Positions 12,030-28,839 of a stretch of 64,000 nucleotides of DNA are shown in pieces (within the stretch, counting starts at the first letter, position 1; every line of letters starts with the position of its first letter). The notes beneath the pieces were generated by a model. The model did no database searches. It was not told where the DNA came from and saw only the letters and a list, made by a program, of their open reading frames with translations. The translations under genes and the position numbers were made by a program. The DNA comes from the human T2T-CHM13v2.0 reference genome, Homo sapiens, in NCBI RefSeq assembly GCF_009914755.1, contig NC_060932.1; one strand, 5' to 3'.

Positions 12030-13445
12030 TAAGTGATTCAACAAATTAATAAACGAGAAGGGAAAAATCTTCTCTATAGAAGAATTCCAAATAGCATATG
12101 TAGATACTCTCCCCTCCAGGAAGCCGAGCTTAAATCCACTCTCTTTGAGAGTGGACTGGATTTAGTGACTCACTTCCAAAGAGTAGAGTATGGAAAGGGA
12201 AAATAGTAACTTTATAGGAAAGAAACCCAGCAGGTACCTTGTTAACCAAATGATGAAGGTTAACATCACCGCTGATAAGTCATGTTGCTATCATTCACCC
12301 GCTGATACGATCTCATGAGAAGGGCAATTCCCGACTGTGGTATTCTTCAAATCTATTGAGTTATAAGAAAACATGAGATAAACCCAAACTGAGGAACATT
12401 CTACAGAATACATGACCAGTATTCTTCAAAGCCCTTAAGGTCATGATAAACAAGGGAAGACTAAGAAGTGATCACAGATTGGGATGACTGAGACATGATG
12501 ACAAAATGCAGAGTGATATCTTGGAACAGAAAAAAGACATTAGTGAGAAAATTCAAAAAACTCTGATTAGAGTTGATAGTTGGGCTATTAGTTTTATACC
12601 AATGTGAATTTCTTAGTTTTGACAAATATACGTGAGGGAAAGCTAGGCGAAGGGTATTCTGGAAATCTCTACCCTGTACTGTCTTTTCAACTTTTCTATG
12701 AATCTAAAGCTCTTCCAAAGATAAGTCTATTAAAAAAATAACAAAAACTTCCTCTAAAATTTAAAGACGGACAATATCAGGTGTTGATAAATCTGTGGAG
12801 AATTTGGAGCTCATACATTGCTGGTGAGAATGTGAAATTATGTAGTTATTTTGGAAAACAGTTCGGTAGTTCTTATAAAATGAAAGATACATCACTAAAT
12901 GACCCAACGATTCTACTCCTTGATATCTACCCAGTAGGAAGGAAATGATGTCCGTACAAAGACTTGTATACAAATATTCATACCATTTTTCATCATAATG
13001 GCCCAAAACTAGAAACAACTCAAATGTCCATCAACAAGTAATGGGTAATCAAATTGCGGTATATATATACAATGAAATATAACTCAATATAAAGTAAGAA
13101 ACTACTCATAGATACAGCAACATGGATATTTCTCAAGTATATGCTGAGCAAAAAAAGCCAGACACAGGAGCACATCCTATATGATTCAATTTATACGACA
13201 TTTTAGAAAAGGCAAAACTAATCTCAGAGACAGAAAGCAGGTCTGTGGTTGCCTGGAGCTGCGGATTGGGGAGGGGATGATGGGAGAGATTGACAAAAGG
13301 AGCACAAGGAACCTTTTGGGGTGATGCTGGTAATATATATCTTGATTGTTGTGGTGGTTACATGGATGCATACATTTGTCAAAAATCATTAAACTGTATA
13401 CTTCAAATTTATTATATGTAAATTATGCCTTAATAAAGTTGATTT
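12030..13445 (+). mobile_element. Old L1 3' fragments (L1MD/ME-like, then L1MB-like)
   Basis: L1 3'UTR hallmarks such as ggaaaacagt.tggtagtt, aaacaactcaaatgtccatcaa and atacatttgtcaaaa, ending aataaagttgatttt. Confidence 0.75.
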
Positions 13446-13459
13446 TCTGAAAAGCTTTC

Positions 13460-14820
13460 TTTGATCCGTTTACCCTGCCAGCTCCCCTTTTGCAAGACTC
13501 CTGAAAGAGCTGCTGATACTCACTGTCTCCACTTCTACCCCATATGTTCTTTCTGAAGCCCACCCCAGCCAGGCTTCTATTCCCATCATGCCATGGAAAC
13601 CATTCTCATCAAGGCGGCAGTGACCTCCGTGTTGCTAAATCCAATGGTTAGTTCCCATTTCCCAGTCACATTTCATTTGACCTGTCAGGAGCATTCCACA
13701 CAGTTAACTCCTTTTTCTTCCTTTGGCTTCCAGGACACAGTAGTCTCTTGGTTTTCTGCCTACCTCTGATTACTCCTCCTCTGTCTTCTGTGCTGCTTCT
13801 CCTTACCTCTCCAACCCCTTCATGTCGGCTGCCTCAGGATTCCCCTTTCTGTGCTCCCTCCTCGGATGATTTCACCAAGTCCCAGGGCTGTAAATTCCGT
13901 CTATATGCTGAGAATTTCCAATATGATTGAGAAATTCTATCTCTAGCCCAGACCCTTCTCCCAAATTTTGACTCATAATTCCAAAGGCCTACTTGGCATT
14001 TCTCTTTGGTTGTTGAATAGACATCTCCAACCCAACGTGCCCCAAACCGAACTCCTGATCTTCTCCGTTAAACCTGTCCCTGCTGCAGCCTTTCCTGGGC
14101 TGGCATCTTGCAATTTGCTCAAATAAAAAAACTAGGAGTCATCCTTGACTACCCTTTCTCAGGCTCCACTAGCTCTACCTTCAAAATACATCCACAATCC
14201 ATTGATCTTTCGGCATCTTCACTGCTACTACATTCAAAATCACATAGCAATTCTTCATTTTTCCCAAAATTAAAGCCAGTGCCCTGGCAATGGTCTGCAA
14301 GGCCCTAAATGATCTGCTTTCTCCTTCCCGACACCTTAGCTCTGTGAGTTCAGCTCCCAACACTCTCGCCCTTGCCCAATCTTCTCCAGATATTCAGGTC
14401 TTTTTGTAGTTTCCCCATCATGTCAGGTGTGCTCCCGCCCACCTGAGAGCCTCTGCTCTACCTGTTCTCTCTGTTTGGGGTACTCTCCTGGCCAACTCGC
14501 TCACTTCCTTCAACTCTGTGCATTCAGACTTCTCAAATCTCACCTTCACAATGAGGCCAGCTCTGACCGCAGAATTTAATGTAACCTGCCCCACTCCCAG
14601 CACTTCTTATTTCCTTACCTTGTTTTATTTTTCCTTTGTTTTCAGAGCACTCACCACTTTCCAGTACAGTATATTATTCAACCTGCTTGTTTATTTTGTT
14701 TACTTTTCATTGTCTATCTACTCAAAGGCAGGAAACTGCTTTGTTCACGGCTGTATCCCAAGTCCTAGAGTAGTGCCTGGCCCGTAGTAGCTGCCCAGTA
14801 GGTACTTGTTGAATGAAGTA
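13460..14820 (+). mobile_element. L2 fragment
   Basis: Pyrimidine-rich L2-like motifs (gttgctaaatccaatgg, tatatgctga, gtcatccttgact) ending ...gtacttgttgaatgaa. Confidence 0.65.
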
Positions 14821-15124
14821 ATAAAGTTTCACCAGCAAGAGCAAACTTCCTACCTCTGGCCTATCAGCCCAGGTCTGAGCAGACTGATCCAGGAGACGAC
14901 AGAGAAAAGGTGGATCTGGAGGGATCCTGCCCTGTCCCAGGATTGGGAGAATTGAGAGAGGCTCCGGATTCTTCATTGTCTTTGGTTGTGCCTCGTGACC
15001 TCAGACAGACCTGGGCCTCTGGTTCGCTAGGCTGCAGCTGTGTGCTCAGAGCCACTGCCCACCGCTTAACGTCATAGTTCTCAGGGGACCTTCCAGGAAT
15101 ACTCAGAGGACATATGTCTGTGAC

Positions 15125-15785
<661 letters not shown>

Positions 15786-16399
15786 TGGTGTATGAGGAAA
15801 AACAACTCACATCTAGAAATCAAATCCCAAGACCCTGAAAATCCACATTTCCTAAATCCAAACTGATGGCTCCTTTATTTCAAATAATACTGAGATACAG
15901 TGAAATTCCATTAAGATAAAAGCCACTTCAGAATATGACTAATTCAGTTAATGAGGATTTCTTTAAAAGCTTTGGCTTTGTATCCTTATATCATCTTGTG
16001 ATGCTTTGCCTGAGGGGCAGAAAGCCCTCACAAAACATTCATAGTCTCCTCCATTTGTTCCTCAGACATTTATTGAACTCCTACAGTATGCCAGGAGCTG
16101 GGTGAGGAGTGGGGGATTCAACAAGGCTGGCTCCAGCCTCCCCTCCCTAAGCTTCCCTCAGAACATTGCACACGTGTTGGGTCGCCCACTGAGGTTCATG
16201 TGGGCAGCCACGGAATCGGGGGCTGGGTGCCTGATCAGACCTGGGCCAGTGTCAGTACAGGCCTGGAAGAGGAGCTCAGGAGCTTGGGCCCTGAGCTTAG
16301 GCCTGTGGGCGGGCTGCTGGCGTCCGGCAGGGTATTCTAGACCAAAGACTTGCAGGGTGAAGAGGTCTGCAGTATGCCACAGGACCATGTGGAGTATTT

Positions 16400-17088
<689 letters not shown>

Positions 17089-18599
17089 ATGGTCATGCAC
17101 TGACACTGCACATGCTGCTCAGAGATCCGTGTGCTTTGTAGGCTAAGGGAAGGAGGCTTTGTGTTCTCAGTACTAAACGCAAGGGGTGCATTGACCCTGG
17201 GAACTGTTTTGGGGATGGATATAAGAGGCTGTGGGAGAGTTTCAGGAAAGATGAGTCTGAGAGCCTGGGGAATGCCGTAGAGCTGTGACTTCCTAGAGGC
17301 CAGGCCCGGGGGAGAAGGGTGCCCTAACAAAGCTAGGAGTCACAGGGGAGCAGGGAAGACAGAAAGGGGCTCAGTGGCCAACAGGACCTGGCACCAGGAA
17401 GACATGTAATGAAAGGAGGGGTGGTCTAGAGAGACTTTCTCCTATCTTCCAAGATTCTGTTATCTTGCCATATTGTTTTTATGGGATTAAAAAAATAAAG
17501 TGGGAGAATCCAGGGAGCAACATCTCTAGAAAAGTTGCCCCTGGATCTAAGCTCTCTGGCCCTGGTCTTTCCCAGCAGGGATGATTCCTTCCTGACTTGG
17601 GGCTGAAGATCTGGACTGGGAATTATATGCTAAGTTTCTCATGAAAAGAGCAATAAAATTTACCCTCTGTTTCTGCCTCTTTCTCACTGTGCCAAATGTA
17701 AAGAAAAAAGAAAAGAATAAGAAAAGCAAAAAGGATTCACTAGAGATTGCAGGGCTAGAAAGGGAATAAGAAATGAAAACAACAAAATGTTATTTTAAAT
17801 TTGCTTTAACAGCAGCTCAGAGATGCAGGTCAACCATTTACGAGAGGGAAGTGCCTGATACTTCAGGGATGGACTCTGGGCAGGAGACAATTTAGGATGA
17901 GAACCAGGGAAAACACATCCCCTGCCAACTTGCCACTGGGTCACGGAGAGTCTCCTTGGGGAAGGGGGGTTGCTTGAGATCTTGCCAGAGCCATGCACAC
18001 ATCTATCTGCTGGCAGAAGCGGGCTGCCGGTGGCCATGGGTGGGAGTGAAGGGGCTCAGCCTTAGGGGCGGGAAGTCTTTTCTTCCACCCAAATCCATTG
18101 TCTGAGTGTGAAAGTGCTTTCCTCAGCTGCAAACTGTATTTATGGCTTCTCGGAATTTTCCGAATGAAGTAACTTTTTTCCCCAGACCGTTTTCTTCACA
18201 ACTGAAATTGGATCCCCACAGTCCATGGAGACAAACAAAACAGCATGACATCACCCGCCTGGGAGTTGTCATTTCAGACACCACGGCAGCCTTTTGTTCA
18301 AGATCAAATGGACGTGATTTGCCTTGTGGAGGTGGCATCCTGCCCGGGCGGAGGAGGGGATGGTTCCTGGAGCTCCATCTTGAGGATCTGGGAGGCCAGG
18401 AAGACAGCAGGTGCCCGGGCTGCCTGCAGGGCAGGACTGGAGAGGAGGGGACAGGTGGTAGCAGGTCCCTCTGCCTCCTAACTGCAGAGCTTTGAGATGA
18501 TGCTCCATGACACAAGTCGTGACGGAAACAGCCCCACCCAACAGGGACGCTGACGTCTGTATCCCTTCTTTCTTGCCTTCTGAGGCTCAGGAGCACAGG

Positions 18600-18700
18600 A
18601 CACTGACCTAGAGATTAGATGGCCTGGATTCGGCTTCTGTCTTGCCTTGCAAAGCTTCCAAGCCTCAGTGTCCTTCTCTGTAAATGTGGGGAAGACAGAT
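18600..18700 (+). mobile_element. MIR fragment (exonised on the antisense strand)
   Basis: agcctcagtgtccttctctgtaaatgtgggg resembles the MIR core agcctcagtttcctcatctgtaaaatgggg. ggcctggattc resembles gacctgggttc. Confidence 0.6.
18615..18677 (-). CDS. ANKRD46: ANKRD46 alternative terminal coding exon (232-aa isoform tail RRTLRLGSFARQDRSRIQAI*)
   Basis: Poly-T/pyrimidine tract and catttacAG acceptor ending at 18678. In frame with an internal donor TAT|GTGAGT at 30648/30647. 212+20=232 aa, matching my recollection of a longer ANKRD46 isoform. Confidence 0.8.
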   Translation of the reverse strand, partial: RRTLRLGSFARQDRSRIQAI

Positions 18701-19470
18701 TAAAAAAAAAAAAAAATCCCAGTTCTGTTAAGCTGCAGAGATGTGCCAGGACCAGATACAATCATAAATATATAGAACCAGAAAGCACAGGCTTGCTTCT
18801 CCTCTGCCCATCTCAGCTCTCAACGCTCACAGGAAGGGTCTTGCCGCTTCACAACTGTCCTTGGCTTCCTATAGGGAAGGCTGGGAAGATTGGCAAGGAC
18901 TGTGTTCAATGTCCTCTCGAGCTAATAATTAAGGTATTATTTAATGAAAGCTCAAAGAGCTGAAGCCATCTGGGAACCTAATCACCCACTGCCTGCAGGC
19001 CTGACCAATTACACAAGAATAGAGGTTGACCTGTCTTTCAGCAAATAAATGCTTCCTAATGCAGCACAGGGCAGAGCTCTAGATTGTGCTTGGCCTAAAG
19101 AGGAAGTAATCATATAATTACGCTGATTATTGAGAGCTGCTGTGCACCAACAACAGTGTTGAGCGGCTTACACATCGCAGCTGATCCCCTGGTTAGCATT
19201 ACTATTCCCATGTAACAGATGAGCTGAGTCAGGAATATCCCCATTGAACAGATGGTGTACCTAAGGCTAGGGGAGCAGGGGTAGGTAACCTGCCCACTGA
19301 CACTCCATCATAGTGTAGGCTGGGGATCCAAACCCAGGTCTGTCTGAGTGCGAGACCCCTGTGCTCACCACCACACTCTTCTGCCTCCCAGTCACAAAAG
19401 AGTGGGTGTTTATGACAAGGAGTGTCTTATTTTCTTATGTATCTGGTAAATGGTGAGGTAGACACCAAGT

Positions 19471-19495
19471 TGTGTGTGTGTGTGTGTGTGTGTGT
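19471..19495. repeat. (TG)n microsatellite
   Basis: Seen directly. Confidence 0.9.
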
Positions 19496-19726
19496 CCTGT
19501 GGTGTACTGAGGGTAGGCATGCCATCTCATCCTTTCACATCTATTCTTGTAACTCAGAAGCACTGTGTTTCTCATTACTACTTATTTTATCCAAATTAAA
19601 TGACAAAAAAAAATCATATACACATACCTATTTTAAAAGGTTGACATTGAAATAAGTTGACTGTCTGTATTTATTCCATGGCTGGGAATGTTATTTGAGC
19701 AGTTGTAAACCAATAAACCAAAGTTA

Positions 19727-20070
<344 letters not shown>

Positions 20071-22651
20071 AAAAAGACAATAAAGAATTTCAATCAGTAG
20101 GAGAAAGGGGGAAAGGAGGCTCTGCCACATAACTCTGGAATTGGAATAACTTCTTTATTGTGAGAATGAATGAGCCTGTTTATTTAACAGAAACTGCATT
20201 CTGAGTAAGGTCAGGTGTTTGGTCTGTAGAACAGCATCATTTCGAGGGTGGGGAGCTCCAGGACCCTGCTATTTATAGCATTCTCTGAGCCAGGTGCAGG
20301 CAGCAAGGCAGCTGCTTACCTTCAAGCCTCTCTTCCACCTGCAGCTCAAGGCTAGGGCAGGGCAGGCCTTGGAAAGGTATAGAATTAGAAATAAGATAGG
20401 ACAGAGCTCTTTCCACTGGGGACTGGGACTGGCACTTCCCAGAATGAGAATTCCAGAATGATGACCGGACAATAGCTGAAGTTATTCATTGAGGATGTAG
20501 TGCATTCCTGTTTCTTGTGACCAACACATACTTTTTGAAGATTATAAGAAGTTTAGTGGATTTCTGAGCTCAGCCATTAGAACTCTTTTGTAATTAGGCA
20601 AGATGATGTCACCACAGTTCTAGGGTCTTATAGTGTCAAAAATCATGACAGAACCGTTTCATGCTTCCTAAACAGAAAAAAATCTCAACCAGAAAGAAAA
20701 TATAAGCTTCCATAATTCTCACTGACTCTTAGTTCTGAGAGTAGTTCTATTAGAGGAATACCTTTTGAAAGAATTTTGCAATTGTGACTACCAATATCTG
20801 AATTTTTACTCATGGAACTCAATCAAAATCATCCTCTTGAGTGTCACAGGATGTGCATTGGGCATTGTAAAATTTCATGATTGGTTAAAAAGTATACACT
20901 TCCCTGTTCAATGTAAACCTGAGATTGGCCGGTTCGGGGGTTAGAAGCCCAGGCATTTTCCTTCTCCCATTACTGGAGAGATCTCTGGGCTCTATTGAGG
21001 CTTTCTTGAGAAGAGACTGCTAGAGTTCCTGAGATGATGCCTGGAAGGTTCTATGGGGTCTTATAAGGCCACTGCTATGAAAAACCATGAACAGGATTTG
21101 TAATTGATAATGTAGTTATACTTCCTCAACATATCAGAAATTTTGAGATAGTATGTAGATGAGTTGACCATAAGAAGCTGGAGTTTAGTCAATAAAACAC
21201 ATATAACATACATTGAGTCCCTACAGAGCACCAGGTCCTTTCAGATGTGGGTCTTCCTTCAAAGAAGCACCATGGACGGCATAATAGTTGAGCACAAAAT
21301 CACTGGAGTGAGTTAGGCAGAATCTGGTTTCAAAAATGACTCTACTCCCTGACTTTAGGATACATACTTAACTTCTTAAGCCTCACTTTCTTTATGGGGA
21401 TAATAACAGTATCAACCCTGGTAGGGCCTGGTACACATGCAGTACTTAAATAATACAGTTATTATTTGTATTAATCGTGATAGGTCTGTGAGGTTCCTAT
21501 TATTTGTTTTAAACATGAAAACAGATTCAGAAAATGTATTTGATCAAGGTCAGTTCATATTAAGTTGGGATTTGTTGGCTCCAAGTCTACGTGTTTTCTT
21601 GTATAACCACAGCCTCCACTGTCTGATCCAAAATTGGAACTTACCTAAAATAACAAATAAATTTGGATTGTTCAATAAGGTGAAACATAGAACTGTTAGC
21701 TGGTTAAATATGACTGCCTTTCCCCCAAATCAGGGGATCTACAAAGAGAATTACCCAAACTTAAGTTATAGTGTAAGAATGCAAAAGCACTTTTGGGGTT
21801 AGGGTAACATTTAAGGATCTCTAAGTTTTATTTTCTCCTAAACTTGAATCACAGTCTAAAAGAACAGACTGTGCTGGTGGAATTGTACTAACTAGGACTA
21901 TCCAAAGTAAGTTACAGATTTTTGCCAGCTTTCTGTGCCAGTGACCTAGAAACTACTTCAAAACCTATTTTTATTTCTTATGGACTGAAATTTCGGTGAA
22001 ACAGTCCAGACAACTCTGACCCAGAGTCTTCAAATTTAGAAATTAATCCCCAAAGAAAGGGAGTAACTTTTATTGTGGCAGAGAATAACCTTCTCATAGC
22101 CCAATCACAGGAAGAAATAACTAACTCTTCAATGCCACATTTCCTATTTGCAATTTATGATATGAATATGCAAGAGAATTAGGCTAGCAATTATTCTTGA
22201 ACCTCTAAAAAGTAATTTGGCCTAGGGACACATAAAAACACAAAAGCATTCTGTAAAGCTGATGTTGCATACCATAAAATTGTAAATGTACATAAAGGGA
22301 TACTGTGAAAAAGAGGAAAACCATTGAAATTTGCCAAGATGTATCTATCCATAAAATATGCAAACATTAATTTGTAATGATTCCAGCAAATATTTATCTA
22401 TTTTTTAAAAAAAAATTAGGAGATTTACTATTGTGCATTTTAAGCTGAAATTTCCCTAGGTCAGAGCTTACGTTTAAATTGATTCTTAAACTAATTCAGA
22501 CATGAAAAAATAATCCAAGTTAAAAACAACAAAACAATAATAAATCTTTAGGGAAAAAAAGGGAGAAGACTCTATTGAACATCCTGAAAAGTGATTCCTA
22601 AGCAGAAACAGTGATAGTTTTATCCTGAGTGTGGGTTATTCCTCCATCTTC

Positions 22652-23027
<376 letters not shown>

Positions 23028-23914
23028 TAAAGATGTGGAAAAGGATACAGAGAAAAACATATTGAAGAGCTTAATTAATACCTTGAAGACATCTCTGGCA
23101 CACTGGAGAACCAGGCAGTAAATGTTTTTTTGTTTTTGTTTTTGTTTTTTTAAATGCCATCAAAAAAGGCATTTTATAATCCCAGGGCTTAAGTTGACAA
23201 ATGTTCCTGCAACCATTGATCTCCTCACTTGAATCAAAAGTATGCAGCGGACAATGAGCTTGAATATATAATTGCTTCGCTGTTAAGAAAAGTACTGTGA
23301 CTAGCCAGTACAAAACGTGGTAACACCATGCCTGCTCTTGAAACCCCGGGGCCTGTTGCTCAGCTTCCTCACGGTATTTCCATGGTGCAAGGTGCTTTAC
23401 AGAGAAAGTGCATTAACCGAAATGGATTTTTTTTTGAGAAGTGGCAAGATTTCTCAAAAGAAAATTGTTTATCAAGAGAAGGTAAGTTTAGAGTGAGTCT
23501 CCTGTTGACACACAAATAGAAACTAGGTTACAGAAATCCACATCCTCAGCTATGACTATCAGCTTGATGAAAAGATCAGTCTGTATTTGGCCTAACTATG
23601 AAAGTACACAGAACACAATACTGAGACAGTCTATCTTTAGGTATTTCACACCAGACTCTTGTAATTTTAATATTTAGAATGGCACGCTGAGGTGCAGGGG
23701 AGGGGGGGGGCGGTGATGGCAGCGTGTGAGGGAGGGGCAGTATGGAAGAGGGAAGAACAACAGACTGTATCTGGATTCAAATAATGGTTCTGCTCCTTTC
23801 CTAAGAATGGGACCACAGTCATTCAGTTCCCCTTGGTCTCCCCAACCCTCTCCACTCCAGATGACTTCTAATGCCCCATCTCTAAAATTCTGTGATTCCA
23901 GTAACTTGTTTTTG

Positions 23915-24208
23915 TTTTTTTTTTTTTTGAGATGGAGTTTCACTCCTGTTGCCCAGGCTGGAGTGCAATGGCATGATCTCGGCTCACTGCAACCTCCACC
24001 TCCCAGATTTCAAGCAATTCTCCTGCCTCAGCCTTTCAAGTAGTTGGGATTACAGGCATGCGCCACCATGCCCAGCTAATTTTGTGTCTTCAGTAGAAAT
24101 GGGGTTTCTCCACATTGGTCAGGCTGGTCTCGAACTCTTGACCTCAGGTGATCCACCCGCCTCGGCCTCCCAAAATGCTGGGATTACAAGTGTGAGTCAC
24201 TGGCCCCC
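23915..24208 (-). mobile_element. Alu (AluS-like)
   Basis: Antisense dimer flanked by cagtaacttgtt repeats. Confidence 0.92.
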
Positions 24209-25948
24209 AGTAACTTGTTAATGTTCATTTTTCAGGCTTCATTCAAATGATTCATTAGAATGCTAGAATAGAACTCAGGTCATTTGATTTCCATAGTTTA
24301 GAATAATATCGGCTTATTCAGCTGAACATAAATCCTTTTTTGGAACACAGAAAGACACAAATAAGGTAAACTGACATTTCCAGGTATGCTAGAAACCAAG
24401 ACTGCATTTTGAATATGAGGCAACAAAGTATTGTTTCAAATTGCAAAAGGTCAATACATTTTCTGCTGTTATGTTCCAGAAATCAAAAAGTAATTTTATG
24501 GTAGTCCTATCAATTCACACTAATAGCTATCTAACTATCCACCCCCCCATCATAATCTAAAAACAACTTAAGTAGGCTAAAGTGAATATTTAGAACAAGA
24601 AAATAAAACTAAAGATAAGGATTTAAAATAAATAGGAATGAGGTTCTAGTAATCATCATAATGACGTACATTACAGTTGCTTGTGGTGAAACCCAAATTT
24701 AGCATTAAGCTTTTCAGCATCCAGTGTGAAAGATGAATTCTACCTGATCAATTACGCAACTCCTAGAGAACATAAATTGAAAGTAAAGTAACTGCTCAGC
24801 AGAAATACAGTTGTGCATGTTAAGAAACAAAAGTTCCTTGTCAGGGGTCTTCATAAAGAATGGTGCCAACAGCATCCTCAGTAGCTTTCCTTTATAGATC
24901 CAATGGTTAAATCCACAGAAGACAATTTTCACTTCAAGACAATTGCATCACAACTAAGTAGACAGGCATCACAGCAGGATGGTGACAAGAGACCCCAGTC
25001 CCATACTGCCTGAGTTCAAATCCCAGCTCTGCCGCTTACTGGCCGTGTTACCTTGGGCATGCTATTCAACCCTGCCTCAAATGCCTTAGTTTCTCTAATG
25101 GTGAGGTGGGGACAATAATAGCATTTGTGAAGATTGAGTTAATAAGTATAGCATTACCACTTATTAATGAAGAGCTCAGTAAAAGCAGTTGGGCTGGGCA
25201 CTACTATTAGCACAGTTCAAGTACCCAGCTCTCCACTGACCTGACTTGAACTCAAGGCGGTTTCTACAACAGTGTGGTCCCAAAGAACTTCCTGTAAAAA
25301 TGGAATCTTCTTTACCTTTGCTGCCCAAGAGTACCAGAAATGTGGCTAATAAAGAAATGAATTTCTAATGTAATTTAAACAGCCACAGGTGGCAAGTGGC
25401 TACTGCATTGGACAGCATATAGAAAATTTTCAACGTTGCCAAGTTTGATTGGACAGTGCTGCTCTAAAACATCCTCCAAGCAATATTCTCTAAATACTGT
25501 TATCAGCTAAGCTTTTAATGAGTGTTGGGTAGCAAGGAACTCCAGATTGTAGTCCTTGACATCTAAGGAGTGTGGCCAAATCTCTGTCCCCAGGTGAATG
25601 TAGACACCTATGCCTCTGGCTATGGAGCAGTCTGGTTGTGCTGTGAAAAGTCAAGAATGAGTGGCTGAACAGAATGCCAGCCTATGTGTGCTTTGAGGGG
25701 AGCCAAGGCCAAGATCCCCCCTTAGAAAATTGTTTTGAATCTACTTGGAGCACAAAGGAATTAACCTCATGCCAAAGTTCTATTTTAGCACAGCTGGAAT
25801 TGCTTCGGCCTGAACAATTTTAAAGGTGTTTTAATCAGATACTGGCCTCATTTTCCCCAAATGTTCTATTAACTTTGGGAAAAGCTACTTCCTGGTGTTC
25901 ACTCCAAGATAAACTATTTGGAAAAGGTACATCAAGATGACTACATAA

Positions 25949-26281
<333 letters not shown>

Positions 26282-26609
26282 TTAACAACTGTCAAAATCA
26301 ATAAAATGATTTCACATAAATTATGTAATAGAAACACAAAATAAAGGGAAAGAAATTTATAATAAAATGTATATTTCAATATGTAAATGCTCAGGCCCAG
26401 CTACATTAGAAGAAACAACGAAGTCATTACTATCTGTAATAGAATTATGTTGATGACTTAATTGTAAGTAGCACTGCTGTCAATAACAAGATTTTTGAAA
26501 AGCGGTGCAATTCTTGATAAAGTTTTGAACAAAATGAAGTCGAATCTTCCCTTAATTATCTCGTGGTTGTATTCTTGGAAAATTCATGATACATTAAAAC
26601 TATATACCA

Positions 26610-26924
26610 GGCCGGGTGGGGTGGCTCACGCCTGTAATCCCAGCACTTTGGGAGGCCGAGGCGGGTGGATCACGAGGTCAGGAGATCGAGACCATCCTGG
26701 CTAACATGGTGAAACCCCGTCTCTGCTAAAAAATACAAAAAATTAGCTGGGCGTGGTGGCACGCCCCTGTAATCCCAGCTACTCAGGAGGCTGAGGCAGG
26801 AGAATGGCGTGAACCCGGGAGGCAGAGCTTGCAGTGAGCCAAGATTGCACCACTGCACTCCAGCCTGGGCGACAGAGCGAGACTCTGTCTCAAAAAAAAA
26901 AAAATAAAAAAATAAAAAAATAAA
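26610..26924 (+). mobile_element. AluY
   Basis: Diagnostic GAGATCGAGACCATCCTGGCTAAC and GAATGGCGTGAACCCGGGAGG. CpG-rich. Flanks aaaactata(ta)cca. Confidence 0.92.
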
Positions 26925-28833
26925 ACTATACCAAATAATACCTTGTTTTAAAATGTGAAATGGTTGGGTTTTAGGTTCAGATATCTAAAATTGTTTGTTT
27001 TCTAAACACACGAATGTCCAGCAGAACATTCAAGAATCATGTGGGATTTAGAACAATCCTTTGTTAGACTAAACTGTCCCATGCACTGTGGGATGTAAAA
27101 CAACTATGGTCCCTGCCCACTGATTGCCAGGAGTGGCCCTAATCACTTCTAAAACCATTAGTCCAAGCTCAACATATGAATTCTACCAACCCCACCCCTG
27201 CCAATGACTGGTTCATCAATCCAGGCCTAAGTCAACCTGTGTAAGGGTACTGGTTGGTTTGAGAATGGGGTACATGATATCATGTCAGCCAATGAAACAG
27301 CTTGTTTGCATCAAAGTTTCCTACGAGGGAGTCACAGGAAAGACGGTCTCTTCTCTATGTGGTGATAAATGGATGTGATGTCTAAAAATTCTGTACTCAT
27401 TGCAGAACCAGCTGGAGGAAGCAGCCAACAAGGAGGGCAGGGCAAGAGCACAAGGGAACTGGGCTAAAGATTCTGGATGATGTCACCCTTGGGGTCAACC
27501 CTACCTTTTTATGTAAACGGGCTTTATGTAACTGGACTTTCAGTTACATAAACAAATACATTTCCTATGGGGTAAGCCGTTTTGAATTCGGATTTTGGTT
27601 CCTGCAGCTGAAAGCACTTTGATACATGCATAAACAATTTCACAAGTCAAAGACTGAGGCCTGGTTTTGAAATAAAAACATAGAAACCAAAACAGCAGCA
27701 GTGGCAGGTGAATATTGTTCCTGGGCTTCTACACGAAGTGGTAAACCTGTGGCAGGTGCTGCTGATCGGAAGCCTGCATGCTCCACAGGTGAGGGGGCTC
27801 CACACTGCCAGCCTGTATAGTTCGTTCATGAAGCTACAGGCGCACTGTGGAAGGAGGACCAAGCACAGCTCACACCTGCAGCTTGTTGCGGGGGATGCAT
27901 AAAAGGCAAAGAGCTATTCAACCTGAAAAGAAAAAATATAGCTACAGGTATAAAAGCAATGCTATAAGTATTTGTGTACCAAGAGCTCTACAGGATGCTC
28001 TGTAGACAGATGGGGTTATAAAAATAGACTAAGTCCCTGCTCTCATGAAGCTTACAATTAAACAAGTTAGAAAGAAAATCATGTTTACAGAGAAACGGAT
28101 CAAGGAATGCAAAATACAAGTAATAAAACTGAGTGTGGTAAGTGGTGGGGAAAGGAGGGGTTGGGAAGGAGGCAGTCAAGTACGGTTAACTATGGAAGAC
28201 TTTCTGACAAGCCAGGGTTGGAGTTTGAATATTAAAGCTTCTACCACTGGGAAGATGTGTAAGAAAGGAAAAAAAGTAAGTATATAGGACCACGAGTGGA
28301 AAATTTAGTAATGTCCTGCTGAAATGGTGTCAGGCGAGGTTCTGGATAAATATGGTTCCATTTCCAGATTCATGAAAGACAGCGGGACAGGAGGAAAGCA
28401 CAAGCATAATTGGGGCTGGAGCCTCAATCTGGAATCCCTCTTCCACCAGGTCCTACCTGTTTGACCTTGGACAAGTTACTTAGCCATCCCTGTGTCCATT
28501 TTCTCATCTTATAAACTGGGGTCATGTAGTGCTCAAGGGGGCGTAGGGTAAAACTTGCATGCTAAAAACTTGCATAATTGGGAGGGGCTTAATTGTGGTA
28601 GTTATGATCATCACCCTTAAATCTACGAGCAATTCACTCAAATTAATTTCACAGTATTTATAAGGCAAACATATATGAAACTCAATATACCTAATACATT
28701 AGGTTTGAAAAAAAGCTGTGTTTTAAAAAGCAGCTAATTGCAATCCATTACAAAATCCCCAAATTAAAACTATAATACACTAAAAAAAAAAAAAAAAAAA
28801 AGAGAAATCGTGATTAAGGGATATATAAATACA

Positions 28834-28839
28834 TTTATT
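28834..28839 (-). terminator. Distal polyadenylation signal AATAAA of the short isoform
   Basis: tttatt on the plus strand, with a U-rich tract ~35-50 nt downstream on the minus strand. Proximal AATAAA copies at 29336-29331 and 29913-29908. Confidence 0.7.

Noticed and set aside
17760-17815. PolyA site for the long ANKRD46 isoform
   Set aside because: A U/GU-rich element is present, but there is no canonical hexamer on the minus strand, so the end cannot be fixed from sequence alone.
18123-18596. Overlapping 78-157 aa ORFs
   Set aside because: GC-rich sequence downstream of the alternative stop codon (likely 3'UTR), with no recognisable domain.
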